Part shown: piece after piece, positions 37,801 to 45,957 of the stretch
How positions within the stretch are numbered: position 1 is the stretch's first letter
Layout of the letters: each line of letters opens with the position of its first letter
Virus record (IMG/VR): IMGVR_UViG_3300049217_000071
Span: 204,345-268,344 of that record
Length of the DNA stretch: 64,000 nt
Direction: 5' to 3' (one strand)
Translations under genes and position numbers: made by a program
Notes under the pieces: model-generated
What the model saw: the letters and a program-made list of their open reading frames with translations, nothing else
Databases searched by the model: none
What the model was told of the DNA's origin: nothing

Positions 37801-38494
37801 TGGAGAAATCCAGGATGCTTCCAAGATTAAGTTCAGTGATATGTTGGATCAAGCCGACAAGTTGACTGATGGTCAAACTCAATTGGATGTTAAGCCATCC
37901 GATAGTCTTGGATTGGTAGAAACTCTACCAGAAGTTAATAAGGCTATGTTGGAACTTGCTAAGGCTCCACCAAACGTCCGTAAGGAAGCTGCTGCAATCC
38001 AGAAACTCGTTTCTGAAGGCAAGCTAGATCCAAAGGATGTGGACGCTCTAGTCGCAGAAGGTCTAGACAAGGAAGCTGTCTCTTACTGGAAGAAATACTA
38101 CGGTGAAGTTGATGGTGGCGGTGAATTTGCCAGTGAATTGGTGAAGGAACATGTCAAGTCCGCAATGGCCGAAGAACTAAACCAGTTCAGAGTCAAGCTA
38201 GCTCGTGCCTACGAATTAGCTTATGATATGGCTGACCGTGGACTATGTCATCACGAAAGACCAGCAATTAGCGCTCAAGTGGATGAAATCATGAAGTTCA
38301 ATGATGAATCCTTTGACTCTCTCAAGAGAGTAGTTGCTCGTCACACTCCATTACTTCACAAGGAAGCTGGACGTATCCCACAAGTTGGTTTGAGAGGTGA
38401 TCAAGATGTCACCCCATCTACCCAAGCAGTGGTTGAAGAGGATGCATATGCACAGCTATCTTCAATGTTCGGCACCAAACGCGGTGTGTTCTAA
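34805..38494 (+). CDS. Prohead (capsid maturation) protease fused to a long scaffold-like region
   Basis: N-terminal PLCVDH...RG, VSMG and ELSIVVNGADPRA resemble the HK97/herpes-type (clan SH) protease signature. About 1000 aa of helical and low-complexity sequence follow. Confidence 0.8.
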   Translation: MTIIKLGEAHEIKLESAESCIPEVSPEVLENFRKFAQNLKKIAPKAEDFLYFSAVMMHAAEASCLNDDGTPKLNVRGEAVQVGWDTSNGTWKWTTNDPSIKPYKNSNGDIFPELELIKAYKKWKHKPLCVDHKSNSVDHVRGFIVDTHYDRNLKRVIALCALDKAGFPQLARQISTGVSNCVSMGTAVGRAICYDCQRVARTEADFCTHMKNKSCYGEINVDLNPIELSIVVNGADPRASIKHIIAAANTLNTYVENKQKELAKLADLNFNASLSVDDPQGQEGLSHTQFQVNGNNLEKFKADLDQAFAKLSEIAGTVKNTEKDTNLSASNQSSGSIAMDEGAPTDSGLALQTPQTARFASASVEAESLAELHEITATIEAKLNQMKQGLEKLAATSTKTQEENMSGSEKLKAQGYFQGAGGVNEPTPGQVKYPKDPLNEQLREHEDKQMVGEPPFPEVGPVDGMHPSPSSADPSDELARKKMLARADLEERAMKRNAIVQLAKEALESKSYFQGGGGVNEPTPNKPKYPKDKLNEELREYEDKQMVGQPPFPGVGPVDGLHPSPFSADPKDELKRKKMLARASLRARFVKAANGDGTQNKSKSAWEVFLGDKLLLTASVDELSGGHTDMLYDSIATKEFGGKLIEKVKVNGAPAVAQLIKKAQPMPPAPPGGDAGAPPEAPDPDAGPPVEDAGKSGDPKQHAMELAKTVRDTASDLMEAVRALTGESAEMGGEGSSAPEGGVGGPAGGPAAMADDSSGSGSATGKTSTAEGFSTATLNNLRKELNSSLTLAMKEAVAELNDHGQELDMIVSMYDKGAVTDQNSDFVNNVVTDALNEAKTTVADGFKLMTAFVKYARGTQAIVKRAEIETELQALATEGDTMSDTKDSHSADGGDLMGLINDTNADLDAVKMMVDDNDHEGGMEGLDDLDDLGDLGLDGLSEGLVDDNAGVMVDTPAKAAEVTKMNPDASVKVASFDTKEGRAALRAKLAADATGKEENGEIQDASKIKFSDMLDQADKLTDGQTQLDVKPSDSLGLVETLPEVNKAMLELAKAPPNVRKEAAAIQKLVSEGKLDPKDVDALVAEGLDKEAVSYWKKYYGEVDGGGEFASELVKEHVKSAMAEELNQFRVKLARAYELAYDMADRGLCHHERPAISAQVDEIMKFNDESFDSLKRVVARHTPLLHKEAGRIPQVGLRGDQDVTPSTQAVVEEDAYAQLSSMFGTKRGVF
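36050..36555 (+). repeat. Two copies of a ~75-aa module (288-nt period) inside the protease-scaffold
   Basis: YFQG(A/G)GGVNEPTP...KYPKD.LNE.LRE.EDKQMVG.PPFP.VGPVDG.HPSP.SADP.DEL.RKKMLARA occurs twice. Confidence 0.95.
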
Positions 38495-38524
38495 AGCTTA
38501 ACCTGACTCCAAGAGGATGAATAA

Positions 38525-39307
38525 ATGAAAAACCAAAGCGTATCAGATTTTGTCGCTGCAACTATGGATGCAGTGCTAAACAGCCCAGAACACAAAGCCT
38601 TGTTCGGCTCCCAATACAAGTATGCACAGTCCAAGGATGCTATGTGCGCCAAGCACGGCAAAATGGACTCTTGCGCAGCCGATGATCAAGATGCCAAGAA
38701 GAAGGACTCTAGCTCTGCCTCTGACATGAACGATGCCAGAAAAGTAAAGAAGTATGACTCTTCTGATGCAGATGACCAGGATGCTAAGAAGAAAGACTCT
38801 TCCGATGCTGATGATCAAGATGCTAAGAAGATGCCACCATGGCTAAAGAAGAGGGACGAATCTTCTGCTGACGATCAAGATGCCAAGAAGAAAGATTCTT
38901 CTGACGCAGATGATCAAGACGCCAAGAAGAAAGACTCTTCCGATGCTGACGATCAAGATGCCAAAAAGAAGGACTCTTCTGACGCTGATGATGACGACCT
39001 AGAGGCTTCTGCCGCTTTTGATATTGCTATCGATAGTTTGCTCACCGCCTCCGCCGCTCTTGATTCCGTGGGTCTCGGTAAGGGCTCTTCAGTTATCTTG
39101 AAGGTAGCTTCTTTGGTTGTTGAAGCCAAGAAGAAGGAAAAGGATTCCAAGAAAAAGAAGAAGGAAGACTCTAAGAAGAGTGATTCCAAGAAGTCTTCTA
39201 CCAAGGATTCTCAATCCGCTAAGGACAAGAAGTCTCCTCCAAAGAAAGACTCCAAGAAGGATGAGAAGAAATCCTCTTCCAAGCCTTCCTCTTCTTCCAA
39301 GAAGTAA
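38525..39307 (+). CDS. Low-complexity charged protein (possible DNA-condensing core protein)
   Basis: DSSDADDQDAKKK repeats and a Lys/Ser-rich C-terminal tail; RBS gagga. Confidence 0.8.
   Translation: MKNQSVSDFVAATMDAVLNSPEHKALFGSQYKYAQSKDAMCAKHGKMDSCAADDQDAKKKDSSSASDMNDARKVKKYDSSDADDQDAKKKDSSDADDQDAKKMPPWLKKRDESSADDQDAKKKDSSDADDQDAKKKDSSDADDQDAKKKDSSDADDDDLEASAAFDIAIDSLLTASAALDSVGLGKGSSVILKVASLVVEAKKKEKDSKKKKKEDSKKSDSKKSSTKDSQSAKDKKSPPKKDSKKDEKKSSSKPSSSSKK
38680..39000 (+). repeat. Coding tandem repeat, 39-nt/13-aa unit (DSSDADDQDAKKK)
   Basis: Six ADDQDAKK copies plus degenerate ones, with synonymous divergence. Confidence 0.9.
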
Positions 39308-39320
39308 ATCGTAATAGTTG

Positions 39321-39390
39321 CACCCTCAGAAGGAATTGAACCTCCGCTCCCATAGTTTAGCAGACCTGGGCAGGAACCACCAATGAGGGT
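39321..39390 (-). tRNA. Atypical tRNA-Ser(GCU)-like element (reduced D arm, no long variable arm)
   Basis: The minus strand folds with acceptor ACCCTCA/TGAGGGT, T arm GGAGG-TTCAATT-CCTTC, loop CT-GCT-AA closed by a bulged 7-bp stem, a 13-nt D region and a 3-nt variable region. No encoded CCA. Confidence 0.55.
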
Positions 39391-39433
39391 GTAACTATAT
39401 GTCGAATTAAACATACGTTACAGCTACTTATCG

Positions 39434-39994
39434 ATGAATACAACCATCTGTTCAATATATAAAATTGTCAATAATATGGACGGCAATGTATATATTGGGC
39501 AAACATGGATTCCTGTTCAAGCTAGATTTAGGAGGCACAAGTATGCTTCCAGTAATTGCATCAAGCTTGCAAGAGCCATAAAAAAGTACGGAGAAGATAA
39601 CTTCAAAGTCGAACTAATTACTGTCTGTGGCACCCAAGAGGTTGCAGATTATTTGGAAGCCTATTTTATCAACAAATTTGACTCTATCAGGAGTGGATAC
39701 AACATACTGGCTGGTGGTAAGACAAGTAGCAGAAGGGGAGCAAAACACTCCCAAGAAACTAAGGATAAACTGTCAAAATTAGCCACAGGGCGTAGGCACT
39801 CGATCGAGACAAAAGAAACTCTGTCCGCACTAAGAAAAGGCATTCCACTCTCGATCGAACATAGATCCAAGTTATCAGAGGCTAAGAAAGGCAAAAAGTT
39901 CACCGAAGAGCATAAATCTAAATTACTTGGAAATCATAAGGGCATGACGTGGAATATAGTAGACGGCAAAAGAGTGTGGATGGAGAAACGATGA
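39434..39994 (+). CDS. GIY-YIG homing-endonuclease-like protein
   Basis: SIYKIVN...VYIGQT, conserved Arg and Glu, GYN, NUMOD3-like H(S/T)xETKxKLS repeats. Confidence 0.9.
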   Translation: MNTTICSIYKIVNNMDGNVYIGQTWIPVQARFRRHKYASSNCIKLARAIKKYGEDNFKVELITVCGTQEVADYLEAYFINKFDSIRSGYNILAGGKTSSRRGAKHSQETKDKLSKLATGRRHSIETKETLSALRKGIPLSIEHRSKLSEAKKGKKFTEEHKSKLLGNHKGMTWNIVDGKRVWMEKR

Positions 39995-40224
39995 GCGTCA
40001 AATTATTCAATATGTCTAATTTTGAGGACGAAATCTATCGTTCTATGGAAACAACCCTGGCCAAAAACCAGACGGAAAATACCTACCGGTTCCAAAAACT
40101 CGCCAAGGCTGTCGATTTCTTGAACACTGCCGCTGAGATCTTTGATCAAGCTGGCATGTTAGAGGAATCTCGTCAAATCACTGAGATTTTACGTAGTTTA
40201 GCCAAGGACTTCTCCAATGAATAA
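39991..40224 (+). CDS. Small helical-hairpin protein
   Basis: ggag RBS before the ATG at 39991; paralogous to the N-terminus of the next gene (FEDE...A.EIF...G). Confidence 0.75.
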   Translation: MSVKLFNMSNFEDEIYRSMETTLAKNQTENTYRFQKLAKAVDFLNTAAEIFDQAGMLEESRQITEILRSLAKDFSNE

Positions 40225-40921
40225 GAAGATGTTTGAGGACGAACTAATCGTTGGTATGCAACAAGAGTTGCGCAAGCAAGCTTCGGCCGATCCGCCTAAC
40301 CTTGTCAAGGCAGCAGAATGTTTGCATGCTGCCCTGGAAATCTTTGAGGGCGTTGGTTTACAAGCCAAGGCCGATCAAGTCCTACAAGTTTTGGAAGGTA
40401 TTAGCAAGCAAGCTGTTCCATATTCTAAAGCAGAGAAAGTGCCCGCTCCTGAAGAACTTATGGCCGCCGGCATTACGCAGCGCGACATGCAGGGTCTGGC
40501 CAAGGGTGATAAATCCTCTGTGGCAAAGTTTAACATTGTCCTACGTCAAATGGGAATCTCTGACCATGCCATGGGCCAGCTCATCGGGCCCACCAATGTG
40601 ATGTCTGAAGAAGATGCCCGCAAGGTCATCAATCCTAACCTCGCATTCAGTAAGGTATGGGAAATGCAGGCTGTTGGTCAAGACGTTATGCAGGCTAAGC
40701 ACAAGCAACCAAGTCGTCCAGATAAGATTCATGATCCTCATACCAAAGGACTCACTCCTGATAAAGAAGTAGAGAACCTCAAACATCATGGCATTGTTTT
40801 TAATATGGCCGATGATGGTGCTGCTGAAGATGCATTAATGAATATGGAAGTCCAAGACGATGCTTTGGAAGTTTCCGATCAAGATGTTCCATTAGCTGAT
40901 TTTGAGGACGAAAGAAACTGA
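40217..40921 (+). CDS. Hypothetical protein (probable virion protein)
   Basis: RKQAS, helical hairpin, NMADD and LEVSD motifs. Confidence 0.78.
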   Translation: MNKKMFEDELIVGMQQELRKQASADPPNLVKAAECLHAALEIFEGVGLQAKADQVLQVLEGISKQAVPYSKAEKVPAPEELMAAGITQRDMQGLAKGDKSSVAKFNIVLRQMGISDHAMGQLIGPTNVMSEEDARKVINPNLAFSKVWEMQAVGQDVMQAKHKQPSRPDKIHDPHTKGLTPDKEVENLKHHGIVFNMADDGAAEDALMNMEVQDDALEVSDQDVPLADFEDERN

Positions 40922-40987
40922 CCGTTTAGATAATCCTTTTGTTTCGTTATATGTAATAGAGAGCCATATAGATGACGAAGGATATTT

Positions 40988-41677
40988 ATGCTTAGATTAG
41001 TACAAGTTGGTAATACTTTACCCGTCAGTTTTATTTGCGATCCCTCGGCTGAGTTCCAGCCTGGTATGGTAGCCGAACTTACTGTTATTGGTAATCAGGT
41101 AATGGCTACTGTTAGTAATGGAACTGCCCCAATTGGTATTATTGATGATATCAAAACCAAAGCTTTTACCAACGTTTCCTGGAATGAAACGGTTATTGTG
41201 CCAGCCGTCCCTGCGGTAGGCCCCAACAATACCATCGTTACCCCAGTAGATATCAAGGCCGAATTACGCCGACCTAACATCATCCCTTCTAGTTTCAATT
41301 CTACTGTCAATGTGGTGCTCAATCCTATCAACGGTATTATTACCTTCATAGCGGGCACCCCACTCAATATCGATTTAAATGGATCTGGTTCTCCCAATGG
41401 TATCAAGGCTATTGTTAGCTACACCTATATGGTATCCAATATTCCAGGTGATGATAGCACGGCCGGTTCTGGTAGAATGACCGTTTGGTTTGAGAGAATG
41501 TTCTTCCAAACCGAACAGTATGAAACTAACCAGCAATATCCAGTGCGCGCCAATGTGTATGTGAGTGAAGTGGGGCTTCTGACCACTCGTAGGCCAAGCC
41601 CAATTCATCCAGCCGTGGGTATGGTAACAGCCCCTCCTACCCCGATGAATGCTATGGTAGAAATTTTGTGGTTCTGA
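40988..41677 (+). CDS. Probable capsid decoration/cement-like protein
   Basis: Beta-rich; DDSTAGSGRMTVW parallels HTATGSGKVTCW of 48503..49303; preceded by the AATA-N6-CAT motif at 40955. Confidence 0.5.
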   Translation: MLRLVQVGNTLPVSFICDPSAEFQPGMVAELTVIGNQVMATVSNGTAPIGIIDDIKTKAFTNVSWNETVIVPAVPAVGPNNTIVTPVDIKAELRRPNIIPSSFNSTVNVVLNPINGIITFIAGTPLNIDLNGSGSPNGIKAIVSYTYMVSNIPGDDSTAGSGRMTVWFERMFFQTEQYETNQQYPVRANVYVSEVGLLTTRRPSPIHPAVGMVTAPPTPMNAMVEILWF

Positions 41678-41736
41678 CCTAACCTGTTGATTTTGTTACG
41701 GTAATCGACTATGGGCCGCTAAAATATGTTCGTAGG

Positions 41737-41752
41737 TGATATATAGGTTTGT
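41737..41752 (+). promoter_or_regulatory. TGATATAT-N8-ATG motif
   Basis: gtgatatataggtttgtATG. Confidence 0.6.
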
Positions 41753-42472
41753 ATGGAAACGCACTACCTATACAAAATCACGGATACGCTAAATAACAAG
41801 GTTTACATCGGTCAAACGGCTGATAACAAAAAGAGATGGTCGCAACACAAGGCTTACGCCAAACATCCTGAAAAAACGGGCCAATACATCCATCGTGCGA
41901 TAGCAAAATATGGTGTGGAGAATTTTATATTCGAAATCATTGCTGCCTGCAAGACACAAGAAGATACTGATGAAACTGAGAGTGTTCTAATTGAGCAATA
42001 TGATAGTCGCAATAAAGAGCACGGATATAATCTGATGATTGGTGGCAGCCATGGAGGACATTCAGAAGAAACGAAGAAGAAACAATCCGATGCTACTTTC
42101 AAGCAAATTGCCGAGAAAGGTCATCCCGCCCAAGGCACCAAACGAACTCCCGAACAAATCCAACATCTTGTGCAAGCTCGTCAAGAAAACCCGGTGGAAT
42201 ATACACCAGAAATCAGACAACGAATGTCAGAAGCACATATAGGACATACGGAGTCAGAAGAAACCAAGCAAAAGAAATCGGAAGCTGCTACCTCAGATTG
42301 GGAGAAACGCAATGCCATCCGAGAGGCAACGGGAGAATTGAAATGCAACGCCCCTGGTTGTAATATCTCTGGCAGCAAGCAAGCCTACAAAATGATCAAT
42401 GGTATCAGCTATTGCAACAAGCACGGACTGCGTCTGTGGCGCTATGGCAGACTAGATCGCATAAACCCCTGA
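41753..42472 (+). CDS. GIY-YIG homing-endonuclease-like protein
   Basis: YLYKITD...VYIGQT, GYN, NUMOD3-like repeats, C-terminal CNAPGC...YCNKH Zn module. Confidence 0.9.
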   Translation: METHYLYKITDTLNNKVYIGQTADNKKRWSQHKAYAKHPEKTGQYIHRAIAKYGVENFIFEIIAACKTQEDTDETESVLIEQYDSRNKEHGYNLMIGGSHGGHSEETKKKQSDATFKQIAEKGHPAQGTKRTPEQIQHLVQARQENPVEYTPEIRQRMSEAHIGHTESEETKQKKSEAATSDWEKRNAIREATGELKCNAPGCNISGSKQAYKMINGISYCNKHGLRLWRYGRLDRINP

Positions 42473-42491
42473 ATACCTTTGTGATAATGTT

Positions 42492-42520
42492 TTGCTGGCC
42501 TATGCAAAATCCCGTATAAT
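42492..42520 (+). promoter_or_regulatory. Sigma70-like promoter
   Basis: TTGCTG (42492-42497), 17 nt, TATAAT (42515-42520), upstream of 42549. Confidence 0.45.
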
Positions 42521-42548
42521 ATTGACAATCTCCACCCGTTGAGGCCAA

Positions 42549-43712
42549 ATGACATTCAAGCACGTAAAATTCGCGGATTCTCCTACCATGCGATCCCTAG
42601 AAAAGGTAGCTTATGACAAAGGCTGGGTCAAACCAGAGCCATTGGTCAGAACATCCTCTCCAAAGGCGCCTAATTTGGCACCTACTGATAACCTGATGAC
42701 CAACATACTCAAGTTGTGTGCTGGCCTTCGTGGAACTCAGAGTATGGAAAAGTATGCTGATGAATTAGAGACCTGCTACCTCAACTACAAGAGTGCCCAA
42801 ACAATGTATGATGCACACGGTGAAAAAGGTGAAGATGTTATTCACTCGGCTCATCCAAAGGGGAGCCATAAGTTAGAGGGCGTAGATAGCAGCGAAGCTG
42901 TCTTCGAGGATATTCTTGACCAACACGTCAAGTCATTACAGATGATTGAGAAGAAGCCAAGTGGCAAATTGAGCGACGCTGCCCAGATTATGGGTGCCGT
43001 AAAAAAAGCCTTGGGGGCGGAAACAACTCTTGATGAACTTTATGCGACTGCCGGTGAGGCTTTCCAAAAGTTTAGAAGATTGTATTTTGCCATCGTTCTC
43101 AAGCTAGGTGAAGAGGGAACATATAACGAGCAATTTTTAGATGCCGTTCAAAACTATAACCTTGGACAAAAAAAGATTGACAGTAGTATTAGGGACTCTG
43201 CTTTAGTTAGCTCACTTGATGGTCTAAAAGAAGAAAAGGCCCCAGGAATGTTGTCCGGTGGTACTGCCAGGGCTACTTGGGCAAATGAAATACTACCAAT
43301 ATTTAAGATTGCTTATCGATATGCAGAACAATTTAGAGATGCTATTGCTAAGATACGTACACTGGAAGCAAGATCCGTGCAGCAGTCTACTACTAAAGAA
43401 TTTGATCCCGAATCTCTTTCTGTTACACCAATTTCTTCCGATCCAACAACTAGCGGTGTAGCTCAACAATTGCTGCCGCTTTACAATGAGATTACACAAA
43501 GTATTGGGCAATCCAAAACTAAAGCTGCCACCCTACCTAATGGCGCCGCCCTTTCTGTTTGGTTTGACAAGGCTCAACAGCTTGCTAAAACCACTTTCGA
43601 ACTTGGTTTTCAACAAGCCGCTAAAAATCCTGCGGCAGCTCAACAGCTCTTGAGTAAACTGACGGATATCAAAGCTAAAGTTGATAGGGCTCAGCAGAAA
43701 TTATCGGTATGA
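42549..43712 (+). CDS. Hypothetical protein (probable internal virion protein)
   Basis: N-terminal part paralogous to 47111..48334 (K.A..KG; AHPK; K.P.G.L). Confidence 0.8.
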   Translation: MTFKHVKFADSPTMRSLEKVAYDKGWVKPEPLVRTSSPKAPNLAPTDNLMTNILKLCAGLRGTQSMEKYADELETCYLNYKSAQTMYDAHGEKGEDVIHSAHPKGSHKLEGVDSSEAVFEDILDQHVKSLQMIEKKPSGKLSDAAQIMGAVKKALGAETTLDELYATAGEAFQKFRRLYFAIVLKLGEEGTYNEQFLDAVQNYNLGQKKIDSSIRDSALVSSLDGLKEEKAPGMLSGGTARATWANEILPIFKIAYRYAEQFRDAIAKIRTLEARSVQQSTTKEFDPESLSVTPISSDPTTSGVAQQLLPLYNEITQSIGQSKTKAATLPNGAALSVWFDKAQQLAKTTFELGFQQAAKNPAAAQQLLSKLTDIKAKVDRAQQKLSV

Positions 43713-44872
43713 ACAAACAAGCAATAGTCAGTCTGATCAAAAAGATGGGCCAGGGATTAGAAGAAGCTCCGGGTCTGGGCGGAGGTTTGGAAGAAGCTCC
43801 AGGTCTAACCAAAATCGGACCTACTCCGAGTGGAGGTTTAGAAGAAGCCCCAGGCGTGACCAGGATAGGGCCAGGTGGTGTCATGCCTGGCACTGTAACC
43901 CCACCTTCCGCTAATGCCCTGCATTCTATCAAGGTGATGCAACAGGCTCTTGTTGATTTGGCTAGAGACGTCATGCAACAGCTTAGCGTGCAGAACATTG
44001 CCCAACCAGGACAGCAGGCCGGACAAGCCGCTGGTAGAAATGCTTTCGGTGATTTTATCACCAAAAACTATTTAGCTAACTCTGATGTACCTGGCGTGGA
44101 ATTCAATCCTGATGCTAATGCACAATACATGGCACAGAAGCAGCCTACCGAGCCTAGCAAACTCAACGTGGTCATGGATACTATGCGAAGGATTGGCGAT
44201 CCAAAGACCGGAGAGTTTGCCGTGGATGGTAAGTGGGGACCTCGTACCAATGCAGCCCTACACAACGCCTATGCTTATGGTTTCGCTTTACTCAAGTTGG
44301 CGGGAGACTTTCATTTCCAACCTACTTCCTACACGCCAGAAAATCTAGCCGCTTTCAGAGGTGAAATCCCGGCAGAATACACGGATTTCGATCTAACACA
44401 GAAAGTAGATGCGGCTCCTGACGCTGCTAAACAAATAGAAGCTATTCGTAAGTTGTTTGGTGAAGTCAAGACCCACATCTTAGAGAAGCCGGCCTATCGA
44501 GCCTATATCGAAGGTGACCAACCTCTACATACCTATACAAAACCAGGCTCCGCTTACATGCTGGACCCTAAAGCTATTGATAGTATGAGTCAGCAATTCA
44601 ATACTAGACTTCGTGTTAGCCTCAAGACTCCTAACGGAGGATGGGTGAACCAGCCTATCACCGTCAACGATTTGACTAGCTTAGATGCGCTCAAGAAATG
44701 GCAACAGGCTCATGCTCCGCAGGCACCACTACCTACTATCCTCAATTCACTCAAATCAAATCTCGATATGATGGACGGTAATCATCCTGTCAGTGCTGAA
44801 CAACCAGTCCAAAGACCACAGCAACCTCAACCTACGCATCGTCAGCATAACAGAAGACGCCAAGGCCAATAA
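43709..44872 (+). CDS. Hypothetical protein with peptidoglycan-binding-like motif
   Basis: AVDGKWGPRTNAAL resembles the PG_binding_1 motif; three GLEEAPG repeats at the N-terminus. Confidence 0.7.
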   Translation: MNKQAIVSLIKKMGQGLEEAPGLGGGLEEAPGLTKIGPTPSGGLEEAPGVTRIGPGGVMPGTVTPPSANALHSIKVMQQALVDLARDVMQQLSVQNIAQPGQQAGQAAGRNAFGDFITKNYLANSDVPGVEFNPDANAQYMAQKQPTEPSKLNVVMDTMRRIGDPKTGEFAVDGKWGPRTNAALHNAYAYGFALLKLAGDFHFQPTSYTPENLAAFRGEIPAEYTDFDLTQKVDAAPDAAKQIEAIRKLFGEVKTHILEKPAYRAYIEGDQPLHTYTKPGSAYMLDPKAIDSMSQQFNTRLRVSLKTPNGGWVNQPITVNDLTSLDALKKWQQAHAPQAPLPTILNSLKSNLDMMDGNHPVSAEQPVQRPQQPQPTHRQHNRRRQGQ

Positions 44873-45957
44873 TGTCTTTTCTACACACCGATCCACAACT
44901 ACTTAGCGAGTTACTCAAATACGGCCAGAACCCTGACGCCTATGCGCAGCAGACTGCCAATTTTGCGAACATCCGTCAGTTGATTGGTAATTTGGAAAGC
45001 CAACTTGTGCCGGGTGCCGAGAACGAAGTGTCTCACGAGGGTGATCCGGGAACAGCCGCTGTCCTCCGAACGCAAAACCTAGAGAGCCTAGGAGCTTTGG
45101 TCAATTTTTTGGAGACCAACAAGATTACCATCAATGGCAAGAGAATTGCTTACTCTCCGGGCGAAAATCCGCACACCGAAGATTATGTTCCCTATCAATT
45201 AGAGCCGGGTGGATCTTTACTAGAGCCGGTCGACAGAAGCAAAATGACGCAAGGTTTCGTAGTCAACAAAGATCTCTTAGCTGCTTATCTAGTTTCGCTA
45301 CAACAGCGTCAACAAGAGAAGCCTAATCCAGTGATGAATGTGATGCTAACTAAACTGATCAAAGAGACCAATGACCTCTTGGAAACCAAGATCAGTGAGA
45401 AGTATGTGGCGCCTGCTAAACCTGGACAAACTGTTGCGCCATCTGGTGCTAAATCAGAACAATCGGGGGCCGCTGTCCCAGATATGGGCGCTACTTTGGA
45501 ATACTTGGCCGATTTGGTGCCTTTCAATAGTCAGTTTATCAACCTCGACTCTCTCAAAGATTTTGCTGATAGGTTTGCCGCCCTCATGCCTAATGATGCT
45601 GGTATTACTAATCAAGCTCGTCAAGTGGATCAGTCCATCGGTATTGCTAAGAGTTTGATGCTAACACCTAGCGATGTTATTCAATTGAACAACTTGACCT
45701 CTAGTCAATTTAGCCTCTTGACCCATCAACCACAGCAATTAGTGTTGTCTCTCAATACTGTCATTACACAGGCCGGCTCTCTTTACAATAGATTCATGCT
45801 CTTAGCTAAGGGTAAAGTTAGTGCATCAGCTTACAGAAAAGTGCAGCAACAGATTATGAGCGGAGGCCCGCAAGAAACCAACATCGGTACTCTCAACGAG
45901 ATTTTGTCTAACCTACAATCCCAACACCAACTTGAAATGCAAAGAACGAGGCGATAA
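44872..45957 (+). CDS. Hypothetical protein (probable internal virion protein)
   Basis: 361-aa ORF translationally coupled to both neighbours. Confidence 0.78.
   Translation: MSFLHTDPQLLSELLKYGQNPDAYAQQTANFANIRQLIGNLESQLVPGAENEVSHEGDPGTAAVLRTQNLESLGALVNFLETNKITINGKRIAYSPGENPHTEDYVPYQLEPGGSLLEPVDRSKMTQGFVVNKDLLAAYLVSLQQRQQEKPNPVMNVMLTKLIKETNDLLETKISEKYVAPAKPGQTVAPSGAKSEQSGAAVPDMGATLEYLADLVPFNSQFINLDSLKDFADRFAALMPNDAGITNQARQVDQSIGIAKSLMLTPSDVIQLNNLTSSQFSLLTHQPQQLVLSLNTVITQAGSLYNRFMLLAKGKVSASAYRKVQQQIMSGGPQETNIGTLNEILSNLQSQHQLEMQRTRR

Noticed and set aside
38680-39000. Regularly spaced ~39-bp repeats resembling a CRISPR array
   Set aside because: The units are contiguous with no unique spacers, stay in frame, vary at synonymous positions, and no cas genes are present. 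This is a coding repeat.
39321-39390. Reading the tRNA-like element as a CUA (amber/pyrrolysine) tRNA
   Set aside because: Centring the loop on CTA leaves a C-C closing mismatch and lacks U33; the CT-GCT-AA register pairs properly.
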